Source: a virus (lineage: Duplodnaviria > Caudoviricetes). Taken from it: a stretch of DNA of 55,806 nucleotides. Position numbers and translations under genes: made by a program. Location: positions 1 to 55,806 of IMG/VR virus record IMGVR_UViG_3300018890_000004. The stretch is one strand, 5' to 3'. This document shows, in pieces, positions 48,402-55,806 of this stretch (position 1 is its first letter; each line of letters begins with the position of its first letter). The notes below the pieces were generated by a model. It was not told the origin of the DNA. It ran no database searches and was given only the letters and a program-made list of their open reading frames with translations.

Positions 48402-48535
48402 GCAGCTTTACCAAAAATGACTATTGACAAATACTAGATTATGTGTTATAGGCTACCTCTCACTCATAAGGTAGAGGGTGATACACCAGAATCTAGATGA
48501 TAGTATATTCAGACGTTATTGTGATTAGCAGGATA

Positions 48536-49042
48536 ATGGCAAGGAAAGCAGTAGGAACCCCAACACTTTTCTTTAATATGCCCGTTGACCAGCAGGGAGG
48601 GCAAATAATCGCAGGCTTAAACAAGGGTAGGCTGAGCCTCTTTGATGACTTGGGTATGATTGGACGTTGGGTCTTCACATCATCCTTTGATGGGCGACAG
48701 AAGGTTAATGATTGGGAATTGGTGGGCGGCTTGCTACCTCCCACATCTGCAATGCCTGGTCAATTGTGGTATGAAGTCGGCACAAACCTTATCAAACAAC
48801 CTGGTCAACCAGTTGATGAAGGTTTCATAATCTATTACAAAGGGGAAATTGAATTTAAAACTGCAAAAGGTTCCAGCCGTTCACAGCTGATGATTCACAA
48901 AGATAGCAACTACAAAACGGCTCCAGGGTCTTATGGATGCCTTGTAGGGCTGGAAGAAGAATATGTGGATATGCGCGACACTTTTATCCAGGCTTGTGGA
49001 CATTTGAAACGCGTACGCATGGGTGGTGTATACAGTTTTTAA
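48536..49042 (+). CDS. putative L,D-transpeptidase-fold peptidoglycan enzyme (endolysin candidate)
   Basis: RSQLMIHKD.......GSYGCL matches the HxnSxGC catalytic motif. Confidence 0.6.
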   Translation: MARKAVGTPTLFFNMPVDQQGGQIIAGLNKGRLSLFDDLGMIGRWVFTSSFDGRQKVNDWELVGGLLPPTSAMPGQLWYEVGTNLIKQPGQPVDEGFIIYYKGEIEFKTAKGSSRSQLMIHKDSNYKTAPGSYGCLVGLEEEYVDMRDTFIQACGHLKRVRMGGVYSF

Positions 49043-49782
49043 TAAAAGTGAAATATGTAAGGATTCCGAAAACTGTAAGAATCCCCAAATTTGTCTGTCA
49101 CCCCTCTTAAAGCAGCTTCTATAGAGGGGTTGTCTTTTCCATCAGTAGAGTTGTAAAAAGCTACCGTATACCCGACAATATATCGAGGTTTACCCTGTTC
49201 AAAAGCAGAGTACAACGGACAAGCAGCAGCATGATTAAAATCAAACTTGGCAACGCCACGCCTAAAATAAACCAGCAACTCTGGTGTAATTTTATTGGAT
49301 AGACAACCACGCTCCGTCATAGTTTTGACCAGTGGCTCTAAAATTGTGTCTAAACCCTGTTCAAACGGTCTCAATGAGTCTAACTTATCCAAAGGCAATG
49401 ACCATGACCAGATGAGCGTTCCAGCGTTCTTATATTGAGGGTTTAATATCATGTTGCCAGTACTTCTATCATAAATAATTACGACAAAAGAAGACTTTAC
49501 ATCAACATATTCATCACGCAGACTTGCCAGGTTACGCCAATTTTTAACAGCCTGTTCCACATATTCAATATGAGTAAGCGGTTGCTGGCGAGTGATAAGC
49601 CTAACATTATATTGCTCACCCAATGTAGTATTTATCAAAACATAATAGGAAAGACCGCCAAAGGTCAAAACTACCAGCGTTACCAACAATAATTTTGCAA
49701 CCCACACTGAAAACTTGTCACCACGGGCGGGTAATAAATCCTTAATTAAGTCAAAAAGAGTTTGGATAAAACCTAGAAACAT
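49039..49782 (-). CDS. membrane protein with GAF-like soluble domain (holin candidate)
   Basis: One N-terminal TM, then AAACPLY...IVGYTVAFY GAF-like strands. Architecture resembles T4 holin T. Confidence 0.5.
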   Translation of the reverse strand: MFLGFIQTLFDLIKDLLPARGDKFSVWVAKLLLVTLVVLTFGGLSYYVLINTTLGEQYNVRLITRQQPLTHIEYVEQAVKNWRNLASLRDEYVDVKSSFVVIIYDRSTGNMILNPQYKNAGTLIWSWSLPLDKLDSLRPFEQGLDTILEPLVKTMTERGCLSNKITPELLVYFRRGVAKFDFNHAAACPLYSAFEQGKPRYIVGYTVAFYNSTDGKDNPSIEAALRGVTDKFGDSYSFRNPYIFHFY

Positions 49783-49852
49783 ACGCCAAACCTTTAATTA
49801 ATAAAACCCCCACAGAAGCGGGGGGTGGCTGGGAGTTATTACAAATGCGAGG

Positions 49853-50341
49853 TTATTTAATATCTATCTTAAACGTTCCCGGTAACGCATCGCCAGTGGC
49901 AGGGGCAACATCAATTGTATCGGGGGTTGTAGGGATGGGCAAAGGTGAAGGCAAAGGGGAATCAGAAGGCAAAGGTTGCTCAGGTGTCGGGATAGATGGA
50001 GCCAAACCAAGGATTGCAGTTTTAACAGATGTTAAAGTTTGCTTCTGAGTTTGGAGCATTTGAAGGGCTGACTGTATTTCTTGCTCATCGACATCACCGT
50101 CAAGCGCAGCCTGCAAAACATCTTTAATTTGAACGCTTGCACGGTCAACGGTATCAAGCACGTCAGCAGATGCTAAAACGTTAGCCTGGATACCTTGCAT
50201 GACATCTTGGAAATTTGCCATTGTTGCCACCTGTAAAATTTCAATCTTGGTGATTATTTTTGTAGTGTCGGCTGATATTTTGCGTAACAAACGTATAGCC
50301 TCAACTATGTCAAATACACCCTTAAACATATTCTGAATCAT
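49853..50341 (-). CDS. hypothetical helical protein with Pro-rich tail
   Basis: 162-aa ORF. The start may be internal (MANFQD). Confidence 0.65.
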   Translation of the reverse strand: MIQNMFKGVFDIVEAIRLLRKISADTTKIITKIEILQVATMANFQDVMQGIQANVLASADVLDTVDRASVQIKDVLQAALDGDVDEQEIQSALQMLQTQKQTLTSVKTAILGLAPSIPTPEQPLPSDSPLPSPLPIPTTPDTIDVAPATGDALPGTFKIDIK

Positions 50342-51024
50342 GACAATAATAAAAACAATAATTACATTTTAACAGTACTCAAAAATAACCAATTTTCTAA
50401 TAATTGACTATTTTTGAGTAAAGCAGCTTTATTCAGATTTAACCAGCCTTATCAAGATTATATGTTAACAATTTTCTAACGTAAGAACGCGATATATGTT
50501 CTATCTCTGCAATCTGTTTCTGAGTCATTTTTTCCTCATAGTACATATGTTTTATTCTCCTCACACGGTCAGCTTGCAACATTTTGTCCATAAAATACCT
50601 CCAAATACTGTTGACAAATTAAACTTATTGTGCATAGGGAAACACCATGTTAGTAGCCTTCACCATAGTACTACTTAGTATAAATACTTTCACAATTTAA
50701 TTTATTTTTTTGCATAGTAAAAAGCTTGACAAAATGCACGTGTTATAATATATGAAACCTCTTATGATGGGTGCATATATCAGAAACACTTATATTCCTT
50801 AACTAGGCGTGCAATTACCAAATACATAGGCATAACTTACAAAACCCATGTTTCTAGAGCATGGGTTTTTTTTGGCTTTTAAGGGGGTTCACCCTGCTAA
50901 ACGATGATTGACCCATAAACATAAAAAACCCCTGCTTAAGACGGCTTAGGCGGGGGCTGCTTGTCACTATGGATTGTTGACCGCCAACTGCTTGTGAGAA
51001 TAGCGATAGGCAGAATTATGACAC

Positions 51025-51514
51025 AAAAGCGGGGGTTTGAGGCTGCTTGTAACACATTCTCAATAAGGTTTTACGTACTACATACGCAGCAGTAAGGGTT
51101 TCAGCCCATGCCAGAAACATTTCCAGGTTTTTCCAGGTTTTTCCAAACTTTTCCAAGTTTCACTATTGAGAAAACCCTTATAAAGCGGGGGGTGTGGGTG
51201 TAATTTCCACAGTTCCAAGTTTGAAAGCGAAATCTTATATAGATATTTTTATGAATTTGATACACGTAGATTCCAAAACTAAAAATTCTATACATCAAAT
51301 CATAGTCTTCACGCGCATAGGTTACTAAAAATTCTTGGAAATCTGGAAAAGCCTTGCTGGTAAGGGTTATAAGTTGGAAATGCTTGGAAAAACCTGGAAT
51401 TTTCCTGGAAAACTTGGAAATGCTTGCTGTGTAAGGGTTTCAAAGAGGGTGTACGTTTGTACTAAAAATAAGTCAAACTTATCGTTTATGACCACCCCCA
51501 CACCCCCCGCTTCT
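51025..51514 (+). repeat. iteron cassette copy C
   Basis: Same architecture and shared blocks as copy A (TGTAACAC.ATTCTCAATAAG, ACTATTGAGAAAACCC, TTCACGCGCA, AAGGGTTATAAGTTGGAAA, CTGGAAAACTTGGAAATGCTT). Confidence 0.85.
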
Positions 51515-51704
51515 ACTATTGATAAGCCTTTGTTATTGAGTGACAGAAATCATTGACACGTTTGATATTATGTGATACTAAAACAAAGCACAAAAAAAGC
51601 CCCCATGCAGGAGGCAGATAGCTATCATGGATTATCATATCAGTGAACCGTGAAGCAGGTTAATCACCCTGCTTTTTTTCTTGACAATTTACTATACGTG
51701 TGAT

Positions 51705-51989
51705 ATGAAAACTAAAAATGTTCAAATGTCTCTCGTATTAACTAGAGCGTACAAAGTAGTATTGAATGAAATATATTTTGTAGTATGTACTATGAGCTTG
51801 AGTGCAAATAACTCTGTTGTCTACATTCAGGTTAATACTGACTGGTTGCCAGATGATAAATTTGCCGATTATAGCTACTTATTGACCGCAAAAGACAATC
51901 ATCTGCCTAGGCTGTTTATCAATGGCGCAAACAACACACCTCTAATAATGCCGTTTGATTTGGTCAAAGGACAGATATACCCCCAATAA
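51705..51989 (+). CDS. hypothetical protein
   Basis: ORF followed by a hairpin. Start uncertain. Confidence 0.5.
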   Translation: MKTKNVQMSLVLTRAYKVVLNEIYFVVCTMSLSANNSVVYIQVNTDWLPDDKFADYSYLLTAKDNHLPRLFINGANNTPLIMPFDLVKGQIYPQ

Positions 51990-52031
51990 AAAACCCCCCA
52001 TGAGGGAGGCTGATTGTGTAAAGGTGCTTGA

Positions 52032-52133
52032 CTAATTGGCGTAGTAAATAAATACCAGTTTTATCATTTCGCTTAGAGTTAAGTAAACTAAAGTGCCGAC
52101 GATTAGCAGTGAAATTTTGAAATAAGCGTCCAT
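52032..52133 (-). CDS. small hydrophobic peptide (33 aa, not in ORF track)
   Basis: GAGG SD. MDAYFKISLLIVGTLVYLTLSEMIKLVFIYYAN. Confidence 0.5.
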   Translation of the reverse strand: MDAYFKISLLIVGTLVYLTLSEMIKLVFIYYAN

Positions 52134-52187
52134 AATTAACCTCAGTGTGTAAGTTATCGTTTATCTAGGTTTCCCCCCGCTTCTGGC

Positions 52188-54713
52188 TTAAAAATCAGCC
52201 TCTTCTGCCACTTCATCACAAGGTAGCTTGATGATGATTCCTTTAAACCCGCGTACAAATTTACCGTCTACTTTTACTTTGCTATCCTTGCCTTTCTCTG
52301 GCATCAGTGACCATGAAATATTGTTGTCTGGTATCTCTGCTTTTTCTCTCAGGAATTGCGGTATTTTTGCGATTTTGCCTTTAATAGTTTCGTTTTGGGT
52401 AGATTCACCAATCTCTGTTTCTAACCATGTTTGGTAGGCGGTCTGCAACTCGTGGTTTGTTACTGTGTTATCTGGGTTGTCGGTGAATTGCAGACATTCA
52501 TTGATAAACATCAACACCTTATCATTTTGTACCAATGACTCTTGAAGTACCGTACGTGCTTCATCTGATTTTGCATAGGTTATGAAGTCCTGTACAGCGC
52601 GTTCGGCATCTTGCATAATAGCCCAATTGAAAATATCTTGGTAAATTTCAGGCTTGCCAAACTCTTCATCAACATCTACCAAGTCGGGGTTATACATTTC
52701 CTTTGTATGCTTTAACAGCACGACGCGACGGCGTATACCCCCATCATCAGAGTTAGGTATATAAAAATGGTCTTGAGTCGCTGTAGTGATACCTGCATAA
52801 AATTTGGCGTTGTAGGACGGTAGTCCTTTTTGTTCAATTTCTATGGTGATGTTTGCGTTGCCCGTCAGTTGCTTGAGCAGTTCCCAGCCTTTAAGGTCTG
52901 TCCTAAACTCATCGATAAACAGTGAAAATAGATTGTCTAGCGATTGATTAGCAAACCTATTTCCAGTGTCTGTCAACGTGTTGCCTCTTGCCGTGTAACC
53001 GAGCGTTCCCAAGCAGTTCTGTATGATTTGTCCTACAACTGTTTTCCCTGTGTTCGGCGTGCCATACACGCACAACATACGCTTTGTTTTGGTAGCTATG
53101 CCTAGACAGTTTACAATTATCCATGACGTGATGGCTTGACGCTGTATATCACTATATTTAATTTCTGTCAACCAATAGTTAAGATATTTAACACCGAGAG
53201 ACTCTTCAGTAACAGCGCGGTAGCTGATTTTACTACGCATAGTATTATAATTTGAGGGGTTGAAATTAGCTACAAATTCCTTTGTCTTGTAGTTAAAATC
53301 CCCGTTAGCCATGGGAATAATATCAGTGTTTCGCATTTCGTCAAAATCGCGCTTATCCTCCACTGAATCATAGCCGTCATAATACTTAATCAGTGAGCAT
53401 ACATAGGCGGCTATTTTTGGCGATGACAGTTCCCCCGCTTCTACCCCGTAATGGTTCTTAAGTGCGTATTTAACACAATCCCTATATACGTTAATTTCAG
53501 AGGGCTTTACGCGCCACACACCCGTTAGAAAATCGTAATAAATGTATCCATCCCTAGCACCCTTTTTAATTATTTTCACATAACTGCTAAGAATAGTCTC
53601 AACCTGCATAGTGAGGCTATCCGTTTTTTCTTTCTTTTTGGCTGCGCGTCGTTCTGCTATTTCAGCGCGTGCGCGGTCAAAATCAAAGCAATCAATTTTA
53701 AACCAACGGGCGATGTCGTCACACACTAGTTGAAAAGTTTCATAGTTACGGTCGTCATTCCATTCTATGCTTCCCCAATTCTTAGCGTGCAGCAAATTGC
53801 CGTAGTGATGCCAATATTTGATGATAGTTCCAGAGATGCCTCCCACTTGGTTAGTAAAGCGGGGGGGATAGTCAGCGTCAGCCCAGTATACGAAAAAGCC
53901 TGAGCCGTAATCTTTTTCTTTGTCTTCTGGACGGTGACCTCCCCACTTGTGAAAATTCTTTTTGTCTTTCGGTTGTTCTTCAAAATTATGGGGATGCAAC
54001 GCATAAAGGGTGTCAACCTCATAACTGTCACAGAGCTTAAGCCATATTTCCTTGTTTATCCACTTCAGCACCTGTGCTGTTATTCCTTCCCCCGCTTCGG
54101 CTGGTAAAGCTGCTTGATTATCTGGCTGTTTATCTTGTCCGTCATATGTTTTTATATCTATACCGTCTAAAGACACCTGCAAGAAAATATCAGGGTCTAG
54201 AGTAGCATTTTCATCTAGTATTGTTACAGAGTTGGCATCATATGCGCCAAAATAAATAGAGCCTGAATGATAGCGTGGGTCAGCATCTTTGTAATATAGA
54301 TTGATAATGACTTTCGCTATGTGTTGGTATTCTTCGGCACTTATGACCTTAGCGAGTTTGAAAACTAGCCTGTGTTTCTCGTTTACACCTGGTTGGTAAG
54401 ATGGGGTGTAGTACCACATACAGGCTTGGCTTGACCATGCCCCCGCCAATGTTTTAGATACTGGCGTGTCGTCGAAGTCTATAAACAGCCATTGAATACC
54501 AGTTACACCCTCTTCATCGGCTCGCCCGACTTTAATTCCTGGTTGAACTGTGTAACCATCTGCTATAATAGTGGCTAAGGCTTGTACATCAACCTTTAAG
54601 GTTTTCCAATATTCAACATTTAACTGCTCATTTGCGGTTTTTTTCAAAAGTTTTTTTGTAATATCGGGGGTGTTTCGGCAAGTATGGTTAACTTGTATAT
54701 CTACTAAACTCAT
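52188..54713 (-). CDS. primase-helicase (AEP/prim-pol-like N-terminus, D5/P4-type SF3 helicase)
   Basis: N-term FIDFD, YYTPS, KHRLVF. C-term Walker A GTPNTGKT, FIDE, LKQLTG, EQKG, GIRRR. Confidence 0.88.
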   Translation of the reverse strand: MSLVDIQVNHTCRNTPDITKKLLKKTANEQLNVEYWKTLKVDVQALATIIADGYTVQPGIKVGRADEEGVTGIQWLFIDFDDTPVSKTLAGAWSSQACMWYYTPSYQPGVNEKHRLVFKLAKVISAEEYQHIAKVIINLYYKDADPRYHSGSIYFGAYDANSVTILDENATLDPDIFLQVSLDGIDIKTYDGQDKQPDNQAALPAEAGEGITAQVLKWINKEIWLKLCDSYEVDTLYALHPHNFEEQPKDKKNFHKWGGHRPEDKEKDYGSGFFVYWADADYPPRFTNQVGGISGTIIKYWHHYGNLLHAKNWGSIEWNDDRNYETFQLVCDDIARWFKIDCFDFDRARAEIAERRAAKKKEKTDSLTMQVETILSSYVKIIKKGARDGYIYYDFLTGVWRVKPSEINVYRDCVKYALKNHYGVEAGELSSPKIAAYVCSLIKYYDGYDSVEDKRDFDEMRNTDIIPMANGDFNYKTKEFVANFNPSNYNTMRSKISYRAVTEESLGVKYLNYWLTEIKYSDIQRQAITSWIIVNCLGIATKTKRMLCVYGTPNTGKTVVGQIIQNCLGTLGYTARGNTLTDTGNRFANQSLDNLFSLFIDEFRTDLKGWELLKQLTGNANITIEIEQKGLPSYNAKFYAGITTATQDHFYIPNSDDGGIRRRVVLLKHTKEMYNPDLVDVDEEFGKPEIYQDIFNWAIMQDAERAVQDFITYAKSDEARTVLQESLVQNDKVLMFINECLQFTDNPDNTVTNHELQTAYQTWLETEIGESTQNETIKGKIAKIPQFLREKAEIPDNNISWSLMPEKGKDSKVKVDGKFVRGFKGIIIKLPCDEVAEEADF

Positions 54714-54843
54714 GACGGTCTCCTTAACTGAATCAAGAACTTTTAAACGCTAGTTGACGCTAGCGTTTTTTTTTGCTATCTTTAGTATATGCGATTGACT
54801 AGATGATTGTCTATAGCTAAGAAAAACAAAGAGAGGTTATGTA

Positions 54844-54990
54844 ATGCCAGTTACAAAGAGAAAGGTGGTAACATTACAGATAGTAATGACTGAACGGGAA
54901 GTTCAATTGTTAACATTGCTTGTAGAAACGCTGGGTGTATCATATAGTGCTATCATTGTTGAATGTGCCAAGCGTGCTATAGAAGACTAA
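54844..54990 (+). CDS. ribbon-helix-helix-like protein (48 aa, not in ORF track)
   Basis: MPVTKRKVVTLQIVMTEREVQLLTLLVETLGVSYSAIIVECAKRAIED, GAGG SD. Confidence 0.6.
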   Translation: MPVTKRKVVTLQIVMTEREVQLLTLLVETLGVSYSAIIVECAKRAIED

Positions 54991-55113
54991 ACACGCATAA
55001 GTGAAAACCGTTAAAAAGCTTATGGGGTAAGCTTTTTAAACAAGTCTGAACCAGTAAAGAAAATCATCAGTGTTCCCAGAGAACCGAAAACATACTTAAA
55101 CTATTGAGAGGTT

Positions 55114-55272
55114 ATGACCATGGCTGAGGGAGTTGTTAAAATGGCTAAAATAAACAAAGAAACTAAAGACAAACTTAAACAAAAGGCTGACGAACGGGGA
55201 TTGACCATGACTGAACTGGTAAAGGAACAGTTACGTCTGTTGTTAAAAGAGAATCAGTTGCCGACTATTTAG
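55114..55272 (+). CDS. ribbon-helix-helix-like protein (52 aa, not in ORF track)
   Basis: ...KMAKINKETKDKLKQKADERGLTMTELVKEQLRLLL, GAGG SD. Confidence 0.7.
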   Translation: MTMAEGVVKMAKINKETKDKLKQKADERGLTMTELVKEQLRLLLKENQLPTI

Positions 55273-55532
55273 GATTATCGTACTATATAGACGATTGTCT
55301 GTATATAACCGTATTTTCACTTACATTAACCATCACTTGCCCCCGCTTCTATTACTAGATAGCGGGTTTTTTTTATTTGTATAAAAATAAAAATTCAAAG
55401 ATGGTATATACCACATTATAACACACTTGTCAAGAGGATATTTACTGCTTTTTAAAAAAAAACTTTTTTGGTAAAGCTGCTTGACAAACGTCTAGACGTT
55501 CGTTAGTATATAGAAAGTTGAGAGACCAGAGG

Positions 55533-55763
55533 ATGACTACCAAAAAGACATCAGCAGCTAAAAAGCAAACAGTTGCAAAAACTACCAAGTCTAGGCAAAC
55601 TAGACAAACTCGCACCCTGACTTTAGACAAAGTACCGCTAGACGTTAGGGAGATAATCAAAAACAACAGAAGATTAGAGGAACGATGGCAGGATACTGTT
55701 ATCAGGCTGATAGAAGAACACGATTCATTAATTAGAAGAATAAAGCGAGGTATAGGTGTATAA
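55533..55763 (+). CDS. basic hypothetical early protein
   Basis: Downstream of operator-promoter 55481, GAGGA SD. Confidence 0.75.
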   Translation: MTTKKTSAAKKQTVAKTTKSRQTRQTRTLTLDKVPLDVREIIKNNRRLEERWQDTVIRLIEEHDSLIRRIKRGIGV

Positions 55764-55806
55764 GATACACAAAAGCGCTGACGGTTCGGAAATGCTTATC
55801 GCGCAA
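55680..55806. repeat. 127-bp terminal direct repeat (copy 2)
   Basis: Identical to 1-127. Confidence 0.95.

Noticed and set aside
433-55350. AAGCGGGGG as a KOPS/Chi-like polar motif or as HIP1
   Set aside because: There is no strand polarity or switch point, and it is non-palindromic and unrelated to GCGATCGC.
55680-55806. Terminal repeat as a biological direct terminal repeat
   Set aside because: It is exactly 127 bp and cuts through coding sequence, typical of an assembler k-mer overlap.
1-55806. Integrase, reverse transcriptase (DGR/retron), tRNA genes, alternative genetic code
   Set aside because: No such motifs were recognised, and genes are full length under the standard code.

Overview
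The window is a complete, circularly assembled tailed-phage genome of about 55.68 kb: bases 1-127 are repeated at 55680-55806, an assembler overlap. The host is probably a cyanobacterium (inference from protein types). It encodes a family-B DNA polymerase, a primase/SF3 helicase, an SNF2 helicase, ThyX, dCTP deaminase, MazG and RusA. The head module has terminase, DUF1073 portal, DUF2213 and DUF2184. The tail is P2/Mu-like (tube, tape measure, gpU, gpD) but has no recognisable sheath or baseplate wedge. There is also an orphan ParB-like protein, a membrane-anchored FtsK/HerA-type ATPase cluster and a GNAT protein next to the portal. No integrase, tRNA or CRISPR array was seen. The most striking signal is a layered cis-sequence code. 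(1) About 80 copies of the non-palindromic 9-mer AAGCGGGGG lie evenly on both strands, mostly inside genes. (2) Three homologous ~470-bp cassettes carry phased, inverted TTCCA iterons around an AT-rich core, each bracketed by a convergent pair of that 9-mer. (3) About 30 copies of a 15-bp palindrome GT(A/C)AAGCWGCTT(T/G)AC resemble the KorB operator. (4) An 18-bp TCTAGA-centred operator sits inside about 15 sigma70-type promoters. Best hypothesis: a multi-origin replication system with genome-wide dedicated priming sites plus ParB/KorB-like global regulation. A candidate ~280-nt structured ncRNA also lies near 6.5 kb. All counts are by eye and all protein calls are from motif recognition, not database searches.
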